A stretch of DNA of 64,000 nt from the human T2T-CHM13v2.0 reference genome, Homo sapiens: assembly GCF_009914755.1 (NCBI RefSeq), contig NC_060935.1; one strand, given 5' to 3'. The notes below the pieces were generated by a model. It did not search any database and had not been told where the DNA came from. It saw only the letters and a program-made list of their open reading frames with translations. Below are positions 39,613 through 54,610 of this stretch, piece after piece. The translations under genes and the position numbers were made by a program. How positions within the stretch are numbered: position 1 is the stretch's first letter; the number at the start of each line of letters is the position of its first letter.

Positions 39613-40172
39613 ACTATGGTTCAAGCTTGTCCAACCTGTGGCCCATGGGCCACATGCAGCCAGGCACTGCTTTCAATGCAGCCCAACACAAATTAGTAAA
39701 CTTTCTTAAAACATGAGACTTTTTTGCAAAATTTTTTTTAGCTCATCAGCTATCATTCGTGTTAGTATATTTTATGTGTAGCCCAAGACAATTCTTCTTT
39801 TCCCAGTGTGGCCCAGGAAAGCCAAAAGATTGGACACCCCTGGTTTAGATGTTTGTCCCCTCCAAACTTCATACTGAAGCTTGATCCCCGATGTTAGAGG
39901 TGAGGCCTAATGGGAGGTGTTTTGGTGATGAGGCCAGATCCCTCCTGAATAGATCCTCCCTCAAGGATGAGTCAGTTCTTTACTGGTTGCTGTTTATTAA
40001 AAGAGCCTGGCATCTCCCCTTCTTTGCTCGCTCTTGCTTTCTCTCTCACCATGATGCAGATGCCCAATCTTGAAATTTTCGGCCATAAGAATCATGAGCC
40101 AAATAAATCTTTTTTCTGTATAGATCTCCAGTCTCAGGTATTTCTTTATAGCAACACAAAATGAACTAAGAC
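39613..40172 (+). mobile_element. MST LTR interrupted by MER30
   Basis: ctatggtt | gtttagatgtttgtcccctccaaac...ctttatagcaacacaaaatgaactaagaca. Confidence 0.82.
39622..39842 (-). mobile_element. MER30 (hAT-Charlie non-autonomous)
   Basis: Termini caagcttgtccaa...ttggacacccctg; internal agctcatcagctatc matches reverse MER30. Confidence 0.9.
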
Positions 40173-40337
40173 AAGGACCCTGCACATTGTGGAGGTTAAT
40201 CTGCCCTACTCGGAGTTCACCAATTTAACATTAATCTCATCCAAAAGTTACCTTAGCTGAAGCATCTAGAATAATATTTGACCAGACATCTAGGCACAGT
40301 AGTCCAACCAATTTGATACATAAAATCAACCACCGCA

Positions 40338-42699
40338 ATGCTAAGAAAAAGTATCTAACAAACAATATACAATATCCTTTCCTGATAAAAACTCTCAGCA
40401 AATTAGGAATAAAAGGGAATTTCTTCAACCTGATAAGGAGTATCTATGAAAAACTTACAGCTAACATATTTAATGGTAAACGATTGAAAGCTTTCTTCCT
40501 GAGATGGGAAACAAGGTGAAGATATCTGCTCTACCCAGTGTAATAAGAAAATAAAAAGAAACAAATACACCCAGATTGGAATGGAAGAAGAAAAACTGTC
40601 TTAATTTATACAAGAAATGATTGCCTATGTAGATGGTCAAACAGAATCTACATGAAACACACAAAGAACAATCAGACATTGAAATTTTACTAGCATAAAA
40701 ATGCAAAATACTGCGAGAGAAATCTAAAAAAATATGTACAAGTCTGGTGTACTGAAAACTATAAAACATTCCTGAGAAAAAACAAGTAATACCCAAATAA
40801 ATAAAGAAATATACTGAGTCCTAGATTGAAAGACTCAGAATTATTATCAGGATGTCAGTTTCTGACAAATTCATCTATAGATTCAACGTAATCTCAATCA
40901 GCACCCCAGCAAGCTTTCTGTAGAAACTGACAAACTGATTTTAAAATTCCTATGGAAATCCAAAGGACCTACAGTAACCAAAACATCTTTGAAACAGAAC
41001 AACATACTTAGAGGACTTACTGTATCTGATTTCAAGGTTATAAAATTATAATAATTAAGACAGTGTTCTACTGGCATAATGATAGAGAAGTAAATCAGTG
41101 GAACAGATCAGATAGCCAAGAAATAGACTCACACATGAGGACAGCTAGTTTGACAAAGGTGCAAAGTCAGTTTAATAGAGAAATTGTATCTTTTCAACCA
41201 ATGATGCTGGAACAATTGGATATCCACCTGCAAAAAGACAAAATAACTTTGACCAATTCCTCAAGCTGTATTCAAATTCATTAATGTAAAATGAATTAGT
41301 AACCTAATATAAATGTAAAACTGTGAAACTGTTAGATGAAAACATGGTGGAAAATCTTTGTGACCTTAGATTAGTCACAGAAAGGATATGACGGCAAAGG
41401 CACAATTCATAAAAGAAAGGTGGCTAAATGGAATGTCATCAAAATTTAAAAATTCCACTCTTTTGAAAGGCAGTCATAAGAGAATAAAGAAAGCAAGCCA
41501 TCAGCTGATAGGAAATATTCACAAATCATATTACGATGAAGGACTTATATCCAGAATATTCATTGCATATTCTCTGTGTATTTTCAAAAATGAATAGTAA
41601 GAAAACAACCCTATAAAAATGAGCAAAAAAGATATACAGATATCTCCTACACACTTGACCAAAGAAGATATATGGATAATAAATAAGGTCATGAAAACAT
41701 GCTCAACATCATTAATCATTAGGAAAATGAAAATTAAAAATCGTAATGAGATATCGCTACACACCTATTAGAATGGTTAAATTTTCTTGCTTTAAAACTG
41801 ATCATACCAACTTTTGGCAAAGGTAGGAGAAACTGTAATTCTCATGCACTGTGAGTGGGAAGATTAATGGTACAACCCCTTTAAAAAATGATTTGGTAGA
41901 TTCTTAAAAGGTGAAACACACACCGGCCGGCCATATGATCCATCCATTCCACTCCTAGGTATTTATTCAAGAAAAATGAAAGCATTTGTCTCCACAAAGA
42001 CTTGTTCATGAATGTTTATAGCATTGGATCATAGATAGCCCAAACCAGAAACAATCCAAGTGACGCCTAACAAGTGAAGGTATAAGCAAATATACCCATT
42101 CATGTTATTTATCAATAAAAATAAATGAACGATTGATACCTGCAACAATATCAATGAATCTCAAAATAAGTATATGGCATGAGATAAGCCAGACAAAAGA
42201 ATACATCCTGTATGTGTCCATTGACATAACACCGTAGAACGCAAAGAATACCTGATAGAAGGCGGATCAGTGGTTACCTAAGGCTGGGGAGGAGGGGTGG
42301 GAGGAAGGGATTACACAGTTGTAATTTAATTACGAATTTAAAACTTACAAGAAATTGTTGACGGTGATGATGGTCTCACTGTTGTACACATATGTCAAAA
42401 TTCATAAAACTCTGCATTTTGGCCCAGTGTGGTAGCTCACGCCTGTAATCCCAGCACTTTGGGAGGCTGAGGCAGGTGGATCACCTGAGGTCAGGGGTTC
42501 CAGACCTGCCTGGCCAACGTGGTGAAACCTCATCTCTATTAAAAATACAAAAAACTTAGCCGGGCGTGGTGGCACGCACCTATAGTCCCAGCTACTCAGG
42601 AGGCTGAGGCAGGATAATTGCTTGAACCCTAGATGCAGAGGTTGCATTGAGCCGAGATTGCACCACTGCACTCTAGCCTGGGCAACAGAGAGAGACCTA

Positions 42700-42737
<38 letters not shown>

Positions 42738-42805
42738 AAAAAAAAACCTCTATATTTTAAATATGTGTAGTTTATTGTATGTCAGTTAGCCCCCAATAAA
42801 CCTAT
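40338..42805 (+). mobile_element. L1M ORF2 3' half and 3' end
   Basis: [23 protein letters not shown] (ORF 40313) and further ORF2 remnants; ends with caataaacc. Confidence 0.88.
42421..42746 (+). mobile_element. AluS with long A tail
   Basis: Full Alu; A-tract at about 42703-42746; imperfect TSD aaaac(c)tct..atttt. Confidence 0.93.
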
Positions 42806-42807
42806 AA

Positions 42808-44420
42808 CTTCCCAGGGGAAATGGCTGAGATTGATGCCACCTTCAAAGAGTTAAAGAAGGCCTAGGTAGTAACCCCCACCATCTCTCTCGTGATTTCCCC
42901 TCTCTGGCCTCTCTGCAGACTGGCTGAATCAGAATAGATGATTGCAGACCTCAAACTCAACCAAGTAGCAACACCAAATGGGCTGCCAGGCCAGATGTGG
43001 TATCTTCGTTTAATCTTAGATTAAATTAGATTCATTTAATCTAAGATTAAATTAACACTGCCCCTGGTACCCGGTATCAGTAGCTACGGATTCTGTGAAT
43101 GAATTCTCTTCCATCTCATCAGGAGAGAGTGTGAGAAGCAATTTGCATTCGCACAGGAGGGACAACAGTACACAGTCACAGTTTTGCCCCAGGGATATGT
43201 TAATTCTTCTGCTCTTTGTCACAGTATAGTCCAAAGGGAAAAGGCCCTCTGGACATTCCACAGATTATCACGTTAGTTCACTATACTGATGGCAGTCTGT
43301 TAACTGGATCTGACGAGCAAGCAGGGGAAAGTACTCTGGACGCCCCAAGTAAGGCACACGAGCCAGGCTGGGAGATAAATTCCACGAAGCTTTAGAGGCC
43401 TGCTACATCATGATCTTATTACCATGAAGTTATTGCCATAAAATCTGGCAAATCCCATGGTACAAGAGGTATTTGCAATGGAGAAAGACACCACACACAC
43501 AGAGCCCCTGGAGAACTTCAAAGAAGAGTCATGGCCCAGACTCCTTGGGCTCTGGAAGAAGGCCGTGCAGAGAACGATACCATTCAGAAAGAGGTTCCTG
43601 CTCTCCTGTGGGAACCTCTAGAGAAAGAGTTTCTGGTCATGGACGTTAAGTGACCATGTGGTCAGAGATGCCCATCTTGAGCTAGGATCTGTTAAACCCA
43701 CCAAATCAGAAGGTCAGGCAAGCCCAGCAGCATCCAGTATACATGGGAAAAGACACCTCCTGGGACTGCGAACAAGCAGAGGGCAAAAGAAAGCGACATA
43801 ATCCGGGGATCGGAACCCCCACGTCATCTACCAGTGTTGCACTGACACCTCTTCTTCAGTCCACACCTGTGGCCTCCTGCAGAGGTCCCTCTGACCAGCC
43901 GATGGAGAAGGAAGGGGCCTGAGCTTCACTCATTGGCAGGTTAGCTAGAAACGTTAGTGAGCCCCCAAAGGACTGCTCCTGCACTGCAGCCCACTCAGGT
44001 GGTGGTGATGGTGGCGATGGGGTAACCCTCCCAGGGGGCCGAGCTTTGAGTGCAGGACCTGGTCGTGCACTTGTAGGGAGAGAAGCGAACCAAATCAGTG
44101 GTTCTATTTCTAGCAGTTTTAGGCTCTACAGGGCCATTCCCAGAGCGGGACGCTTCCACCGGAAGACGCTATTAAGACAGCTTCCACCTGGTCACTTCGG
44201 GCTCCTGGTATCAACAATCTGGCAGAGAGAATGAAGTTCCCATACTGGCAGGGGTAACTGGCTGGGAGCATCATGAGAAGGTATGAATACAGTCATCAAT
44301 GGGGGCGGGCAGGTGACCCACCAGGGGCATCTCTTGGTGCTGCCATGCACAGATCTTCCCGCAAGTAGCAAGCGCCACAGTGTGAGCATGATAAGGCCAT
44401 GGTGACCACAGGCTGCTCAA
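42808..44420 (+). mobile_element. ERV3-16A3/ERVL internal region, pol and dUTPase remnants
   Basis: gttttgccccagggatatgttaattct encodes VLPQGYVNS (RT); ORF 44046 contains QLPPGHFGLL (ERVL dUTPase-like). Confidence 0.78.
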
Positions 44421-44659
44421 GGTCCCGGCTATCTGACACGGATGGAGGAGGAAGGGGCGGTGGCTATCAGTCAGGGCCCCAGGCAATGAAAATGGCAATG
44501 GCAATGGCAGGAGTAGGCACTGGCGTTCATCCCACTCAGCCTGTTAGTGTCAATTTCCCCTGGTGTTGGGACCAATTTGATCCTGGAGAAGCTCTCCTCA
44601 GGGGAGCAAACCTCCTACACAGGTGGGCTGTGCGGGGGGTGGGGGTGGAGTAAGGCGTG

Positions 44660-44965
44660 TTGGGTCATGGGTGCTACTGGTGTCCTCCCCAACTCCTTTT
44701 ATCTGGACCGTGTGCCTATCCCCCAGCTGTTAAGTGTTGACAACTAATGGCTCAATGAAGAGCTGTTTAGCTAAAGGGAAGCCCCACATCCGGGACGTGT
44801 GTGCCCTGGGGGACACACAGCAAATGACTGACAAGGAGGAACAGAAGGCAGCCTCTTGCTTCCAGTCCTGGGAGACCATGCTGAAGCCCTGCCTCCTGGC
44901 TTATCTGTATCTCCTGCACAAGAATTCCAGCCCAGGCTCTGTTTCTAGGGAGTGTGCCCTGAGAT
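44660..44965 (+). mobile_element. LTR16-type ERVL 3' LTR, internally deleted
   Basis: Preceded by a G-rich PPT-like tract; ends tgcacaagaattccagcccaggctctgtttctaggga...ctgagat, like the LTR16 terminus. Confidence 0.62.
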
Positions 44966-47081
44966 GCCAGCGCTTGAGCTTCGAGAGCACGAGGGGGTAG
45001 GTTCTGGTGGACAGGGACCCCGGTGTGACGACAACTGCAAGGTTCACCTTGGACCCTGGCACTATCCTCCCACCAGGCTGGAAAAGGAGACCAGGACATG
45101 GCCCCAGCACAGCCCCCAGGTGGGCAAACCGGCAGGCTGGGCTGGCTAAGCTCTTGGTGTTCTTTGTGTGGGGGTAGGTGGGGCTGGTGAGGGCGGGACT
45201 GGCTGCAGGTCCTTCAGCGGGTCCCTGCTGGACCTCCGTGGCGGGGACAGGGATGAAATTAAAACAGACCCGACTCCATTCAATCTCAGCGATCCATGAC
45301 TCAGTGATGCCCGGAGCTGCCTCCCTTTCTCCTCCCTGGGCTCCCACCCCGCCGCGCCCCACCCCATTATGATCCCCCCCAAAATGCAGAGAGCCCACTA
45401 GAGGGAGGAGGCTGAGGGCTCCAGGCTGCCCTGGTCAGACAACACATCATGTTCCTTCACCTGCAGATAGACCCTGAGCCCATCAGTGAAACAAGGGGCC
45501 CCCAGGAGAATCAGAATCCTGACCCCATCCCACCCTCCACACCAGCTCAACGGACTCCCAGGCTGCCAGAAAGGCCTCATACGTCAAAGTCAGCCTCCCA
45601 GTCGGCCTCCGTTTCCAGGTGTGGGCCTGGAGTGCCGTGGCCCAGGTGGTATCAGAAGCTCGCAGGGATAGGCCTAAGAGGTGACCCCAGGGGAGGGCCA
45701 GGCCAAGGAGCTGCAGAGAGGGCTGGGGAAGCTCCAGATCCCCCACCTCCTTCAAAACACACCTGAAACACCAGCCAGCACCAGCACCACCAAGATGAGA
45801 AAGGGCCCTGGACCGTCTCCACCAGTGTCATGCAGCAGCTGGGCTGGTCCCCTCCCTTGGGTCCCCATCTGCCCCACTTGTACAGGAGCTAACGACGCCT
45901 GCTGCCCACCCAGGAGGACCTAGCAGGAGCCCAGTGTGAAGGTGTTTGCAAAACTCTGGGGAAAGTGAAGGTCAGAGGTGACTCCCAGCTTCCACTTAGG
46001 ACATAGAGAGCTGGAAAGAGCCCGGCTCCCATCCTTAAACTGCAGCAGCAACAAAAGGCACCAAGCAACCTGAAAAGTCAGGACTTTTCTCAAAACTCTC
46101 TGAGAGCTGAGGTCACAGGGCAACCAACTAACCCAAAACAAAGGGAAGGCAGGCGCCTGCAGGAGGAGACGGGATGCAGGCTGTCACCGAGACAGACGAG
46201 GCCAGACACCAGGAAGAAGAACACAGCCAAAATGTTTAATGAGTTGGCAAGGGTCGGTGTGGGGTAATGGGAGAGCACAGAAGCCCCAGGGGCTGCGGAG
46301 TGAAGGGAAATCCACATCCACTGGAAGGTCCCCGTGGATTTCACGGGATGCTCTCTTTGTGGTGTAGGCCCAGCAGAGGGGAACAGCAGCCACTGTCCCA
46401 AAGGTACAAAACCTACATAGGTTATTCTCCTCAATGGAACAAAACCCTTAGATTGCTGGAGGAAAGGCAAAAAAGGCAAAAAACACTGTCACACTTAGGG
46501 CACGAGTAGAAACCATCGAAACTGGGGGAATCCTAAAAGCCCTGTGCCCTGGGGAGGGATAAGCTACATGGTGGGCCCAGAGCTACAGCTGAGCGTAGGG
46601 CAGGAGTCCCAAGAATGCTTCACCCACAAGACCCAAAGGACATAGGGTTAATCAGAAAAAACCGAACAGCCCCCCACCTCCAGCACCTGCTGACAAGCAC
46701 CATGTAACAAGTGACCCTGGAGTGGGAGAGGCCGCAGAGTGTGGCCTGGGAGAGTCTGCGGAGTGTGGAAACCCTCTCCAAGGTAAGCTTATAGCCGAAG
46801 GCTGGTTGGACACTGGGAAAAGCCTCTCTATGGTAAACACAAAGTAGTGCTGGAGGGATTTGATGACTGTGGTGCTCCAGAGATAACCATGACAACACCA
46901 AACTGAAACCCAGCTCAACTCTGGACGAGATTAGCCCCAAGCCCCGCAGTAAAGGAACAGCAAAAAGAAGGGTATGCCCATTTCCAAAAGCACAAAACGA
47001 ATTTCTTCAGTCTCTACTGTCCTCTGCACGATGTCTGGATTTCAAAAAATTGATGAGGCCTATTAAAAAAATAAATAAATA

Positions 47082-47757
<676 letters not shown>

Positions 47758-48280
47758 GAAACAGACTCAGATATGACACAGCCGTCGGAACTGTCAGACA
47801 GGACATTTTAAATACAATAAATATGCTAAAGACTCTAAGGACCCTAATGGAGAAGGGGGAAAATATGCAAGCTCAGATAGGTCACTTCAGCAAAGAGATG
47901 GAAACTAGAAGAAGAAATCAAATGGAAAAGCTAAAATAAAAAACAGTAACAGCCATGAGAAGAAGCCTCTGGTGGGCTCATGAATGTACTTGACACAGCA
48001 GGACAGGGTCCCTGAACTTGAACACAGGTCAGTAAAAAATACCTAAAATGCAGAGGAAAAAATATTGAAAAGGGGGAAAAAAATCCCAAATCCTTCAAGA
48101 AGTGTGGGACATATTAAGTGATCTAACATATGTGTGAATGGAATCTCAGAAAGAAAAGATAGAAAACACAGTGAAAAAGACAGAGTTGAAGAAATAATGG
48201 GTAAGAATTTTATAAAATCATTGACAAACAATAAGCCACATGGCCAAGTTCAGAGAATACCAAGCAAGATAAGTACCACA

Positions 48281-48561
<281 letters not shown>

Positions 48562-49405
48562 GGTAAGTACCATTTTTTAAAAACTGAAGGCATATCACAT
48601 TTAAACTGCTGAAAACCCAAGACAAAAGCGAAAATCTTGAAAGCAACCAGAGAATACAGGTACATTCCATAGAGACACAAGAAAAACAGAAATATGGTAG
48701 CAGACTTCTAAACTTCTCGTCAGAAACAAAGTCAGCCAGGGATGAAAGAAAAACAACAACAAAAAAACTGTTGATTCAGAATTCTATATCCGGTACAAAT
48801 ATCTTTCAGAAAAAAAGGAGAAATAAAGTCTTTCTCAGACAAACAAAAACTGTAGAATTTGTTACTGAAAGACCTTCACTATAAGAAATGTTAAAGGAAG
48901 TTCTTCAGGCAAAAACATGATACCAGACAGAGACTTGGATCTACACAAAGAAGCAAAGTGCACTAGAAATGGAATAAATGAAAGTACAAATAGAATTTCT
49001 TTCTTTCTCATTTTTAATTGCTCTAAAAGATAACTGACTAAAGAAAAAATTGTGGTCACGTATTATATGTCTATAGTATAATGTAAAATAGAATGTATGA
49101 CAATAATAGCACAAACAGTGGGAGGAAGGAATTGAGAATATGCAGTTGTAAATTTATTATATAACACACAGAGCAAGGTAATATCATTTGGTAGACAATG
49201 ATTATTTAAAGATGTATATTATAAAACCTAAGACAACTATTAATTTAAAAAATAAGATATAAATGATAAGCCAATAGTGGAAACTAAATGGAATCATAAA
49301 AAGTACTCAGTTAATCCAAAAGAAGGCAGAAAAGGGAGTGGGGGGACAACAGACGGAATAAATAGAAAAGAGTTAGCAAGATGGTAAATTAAATCCAAGC
49401 ATATG

Positions 49406-49560
49406 GCCAGAAGCAGTGGCTCGGGCATGTAATCCCAACATTTTAGGAGGCTAAGGTGGGAGGATTCCTTAAGCCCAGGAGTTCAGAGGCTATAATGAGC
49501 TATGATCATACCACCGCACTCCAGCCTGGGCAACAGAATGAGATCCCATCTCTAAAAAAA
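49406..49560 (+). mobile_element. Alu monomer (FRAM-like)
   Basis: Single arm ggccag...gcactccagcctgggcaacaga...A tail. Confidence 0.8.
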
Positions 49561-50099
49561 GAAAAACACTCCAAATACATAAATAAATAATTATATTAAT
49601 CTCAACACACCAATGAAAAGAGATGATCAATTTGAATAAACAAAAGACCCAACTATATGCTATCTATATGAAACCCACTTTAAATATAAAGACATAAATA
49701 AGGTTAAAGTAAAAGGATGGAAAATATGTGACACAGAAGCATGCGTCAAAATAAAGATGCAGCAGCTACATTCATCTCAGACAAAGTAGGCTTCAGAACA
49801 AGGACTATTACAAGGGATAAGTGAGACCTCACATAACAATAAAGGAGTTGCATTTTCTGAGAAAACAATCCTCAGTGTGTAGGCACCTACCAACAAAGGC
49901 TGAAAACACAGAAAGCAAAAAATGATAAAATAAAATGTAACACTCATTCATGATTTTTAAAAAACTGTCAACAAACAAGGAATGTAAGAGAACTGAACCT
50001 AATAAAAGGCGAAGCTGAAATACAAAAAAAAAAAAAAAAAAAGCTAACATACTAAATGGTGAAAGGCTGAGTACCCCTAAGATTGTAAAGAAGGTATGA

Positions 50100-50412
<313 letters not shown>

Positions 50413-51373
50413 CCCCTCTCACACTTCTATTCCATATTTTACAGGAAGGCCTAGCCAAGATATTAAGGCAAGAAAAAGAAAGAAATGGTATACAAATTTG
50501 AAAGGCAGAAATAAAACTAAGTCAATTCACAATGACATGAATGTTGCATAGAAAATTCCCCAAACAACTAGAGAAAACTCCTCAAATGAACAGGAGAGTT
50601 GAGCAAGATCTCAGTATAAAGTCAATATACAAAAGTGAGTTGTATTAATATTTCTGTTTGCTAGCAACAAACAATTAGAATTTTACATTTTCAAAATAGA
50701 TCCACTTATAATAATGCTCCCCATATGAAAAACTTGGGCACAGATGTAACAAAAAAAGTATTCTGATCTAAACGAACAGAAAAATATACTATGTTCATGG
50801 ATTAGATGAGTCAATATTATTAAGATGTCAGTTCTCCCCACGTTGATCTAGATATTCATACATCCCAATAATTTTCCCAGCAGAATGTTTTGTAGATGTT
50901 GACAAGTTGATTCAAAAATTCATATGGAAATTAAAATGCTCTAGGATAGTCAAAATAATTTAGGAAAATTATTTTCTGGTCACTATCTGATTTCACTGAT
51001 ATGTTACTATATATTTACTATTTACTACCTGATTTGACTATAAAGCTATAGCAATCAAGACACTGAGGTATTGGTGAAGGCGTAGACTCAGCTCAGTGGG
51101 ATTGAATAGAGAGCCCAGAAGTGGATCCATATAAATATAGTCAAGTCAATTTTGGCAAAGATGCAAAGGGAAATCAGTAGAGAAAGGGCAGCCTTTTCAA
51201 CAAACGGAACTGGATCTATTGGATGTCCATATGCAAAAAATGAACCTGGACACACATATCTCACACCTTACACAAAAATTAACTCTAAATGAATCATAGA
51301 CCTTAACGTAAAATATACAACTATAAAACTTCTAGAAGAAAACAGAGAAAATCTTTGTGCCCTTAGGAAAGCC

Positions 51374-51541
51374 AGGGTCTTCAGCCTCGGTACTGTTGCC
51401 ATTTGGGGATGTAGCTCCTGTGTGGGGGCTGGTCTGTGCACCAGGGAGGTTTAGCAGCGGTGTGCTCCAGTTGTGACAACTAACAATGTCCCCAGACACT
51501 GCCCAATGTCCTCTGGGGGCAAAACAGGCCTGAATTGAGAA
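51374..51541 (-). mobile_element. MER20 (hAT-Charlie)
   Basis: ccagttgtgacaactaacaatgtccccagacactgcccaatgtcctctgggggcaaaa matches reverse MER20. Confidence 0.85.
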
Positions 51542-51898
51542 GAGAAAGTTCTCAGCTGTGACGTGGAAGCATAACCCATAACAGGAAAAAAAAAAGTTAA
51601 TACACGGGACTTTGTTAAATGTAAAACTTTTCTTCTGTAAATGGCCATGTTAAGATATTGAAAAGACAAACCACAGGCTGGGAAAAAATATTTGCAATTA
51701 CATTATCAGATGCAGAATTTGTATTCAGAATACACAAAGAACTCGAAACTCAACAATCAGAAAACAAACAGCCCAATTAAAAAAATCGGCAAAGGGCTTG
51801 ACAGACATGTCACCAAAGAAGGGAGGCAGATGGCAAAGAAGCCCCAAAAGATGTGCCACAGGGTTCGTTTCAGGGAAATGCAAACCGCAAGAGACCTG

Positions 51899-51968
51899 TG
51901 TGCTCCTGCGTGCTCCCGTGTGCTCCTGCTTACTCCTGTGTGCTCCCGTGTGCTCCTGTGTACTCCTG
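51899..51968. repeat. 10-bp tandem repeat x 7 (TGTGCTCCTG)
   Basis: Directly visible. Confidence 0.9.
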
Positions 51969-52246
51969 CTGCGAAGGGTAAAATGAAGCAAAACAGCGAA
52001 AACTCACAGCACACAACCTAGTGCCAGCGAGGATGGGGAGCAAGTGGGCCTCACGCCCTGCTGCAGAGTGCACTATGGCACAGCCCCTGTGTGTGCCTGG
52101 GGGGCCTGTGGGTGACAGGGGGACAAAGAAGAGGTTGGCAGAGATGGCAGAGCAGCCTCCTGGTGCTGGACTTCCTCACCCAGCCAGGATGGCCTGGGCC
52201 TGCACCAGTGCTGCCTGAGACAGCGAGTCTCAACCTGCTCCAGGGG

Positions 52247-52473
52247 CGTGTGCGTTTCTGCGTGTGTGTGTGTGTGTGTGTCCATGCATGTGTCTCTATG
52301 AATATATGTGCTGTATTTGCATGTGTGTGTGTGTCTATGTGTGCATATGTCTGTGTCTGTGTGTCTTTCTGTGTGTGCGGTCTGTGTCTGTGGGTCTACA
52401 CGTGTATATGTGCATGTGTCTGTGTGTGTCGCAGTGTGTTACTGTGTCTGCGCGTGTGTGCATGCATATGTGC
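52247..52473. repeat. TG-rich low-complexity repeat
   Basis: (TG)n with interruptions. Confidence 0.92.
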
Positions 52474-53172
52474 AGGAGGGAGGGAGGGCTCAGGCCTTAG
52501 CAGAGTCCCTGGGGCTCTGGGAGTGGAGGGCAGTGAGGCTGAGGCTGGTGCAAAGGTGGTTTCAGGCGCTCAGGTGAAGTGGAGCAGAAACAGAAGTTGG
52601 AATCCAGCCCCAGCGGGCGGGCGGCAGCAGCAGTGCCGGCCCTGCCCAGAACAGGTTCGACCTGAGCCGGCACTGCCCGGCTGCCCTGGGGCTAGGGAGG
52701 CTGAGACAGAGAAGGGAAGCCAGAGGGTGGGGGTGGGGGCCCGGCACTGGCAGAGCTGCCTGCCCTCAACGACCGCCCCTGCCGGAGACCCCCGCCCCAC
52801 CCGCTGTGGTTCTGCTGGCCCAGGTTTCGCTGGGCCCACTCCCAGGGTTTGGCATCACTGGAGCCCAGGGTCCCCCCCGCACCCTCCCCACAGCCTTGGC
52901 CCTGCTGCTGCCTGCCTCCTCCAGGGTACCCCGAGGCCCACGTCAGGAGACCCGCCTCAGGCAGCAGTGGCCCGGTGGCTGCTTCTGCCTAGCCCGCAGC
53001 ACGTGCCACCCTGGGCGCACTGCCTTCCCGAAGGCTCTCCTCCCTCCCCGGGGCGCTCCCTCCCACTCTGGAATGCCTCCCTGCCTGCACAGCAGGAGTG
53101 TTTGGCTGAGGTCTGCAGCCCCGACACAGGTCACCTCCCACGCCTATGGGGGCTTCAGAAAGTCCCGGAATC

Positions 53173-53765
<593 letters not shown>

Positions 53766-54109
53766 TTATTTATTTTTATCTCCAGCTTGTTTGTGAAGTT
53801 CAGGGGTACCAGTGCAGGATGTGCAGGATCCTTGTCACAAGCATCCTTCTCACGACCCTGCCTCACTCCAAAAGGGGTATCAGGTAGGTGAGCAGAAACG
53901 CCCCTTCCTGAATGCCTGTCCTTGTCCCACCACAAGGATGAGGATGCCTGCTCAGAGGGCACAGGGAGAAGCCAATGGCATAGGGTGCACAGCAGCGAGG
54001 GCCAAGGGACAAGGAGTGGGGGGCCCCCACCTGCCCAGCGTGACCTGCTGACCACAGCTCCTCAGCGGCGGGACAAAGCCTGCCCATGGGGCCCTCAGTG
54101 GCCACCCTG

Positions 54110-54610
54110 GATGCAAACACGGTTAATGGTCAGGCCCAGCCTGTCCCCTCCTGCGCACAAACTCAGGGCAGAGCAGAGAGCTTACATCCACCAAGACCCA
54201 GACAAAAGAAAGCCCCAAGAACACCCTTAAAGGCAGCCAAACCCTGGAGCTGCCTCGGGCCCATCGATGGGAGCACAAGAGGTGAATCCTGCTACGGGCA
54301 CCGTGGCCGTCTACGCGACCGCAGCAAAGAGGAACATGGACGACTCACAGACGCAGAGACGGGGGGTCCATGCTGTGTGGTGATGTTCACCTGCAGCTCA
54401 GGGACAAACCCTACCTACGGTGACAGATGTCAGGAGGGGTGAAGGGTGAGGGAGGGAGGGCCTGTTAGCTGGAGCGGGTCTCAGGGATGCCTGCTGCTGC
54501 TGCTGGAAACATTCTGCACAGGGGTTCGGGTGGAGGTTCTGGGAGTGTCACCCGTGCACACTTGTCAGCATGCTCTCCAGGTCCTGCATTTGAGGTGCCT
54601 GTACCCCAGT
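54110..54610 (+). mobile_element. L1ME-type 3' end, strongly GC-shifted
   Basis: Colinear remnants: catccaccaagac, gcagccaaaccctgga, aacatggacgactcacagac, cctacggtgacagatgtcagga, ctggaaacattctg. Confidence 0.6.

Larger units (their letters stand above)
39344..40337 (-). mobile_element. MLT2 (C/D-like) solo LTR containing (TG)n(GA)n, an MST LTR and MER30
   Basis: gggttctccagagaaacagaaccaa at the left end and ttgatacataaaatcaaccaccgca at the right end. Confidence 0.85.
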
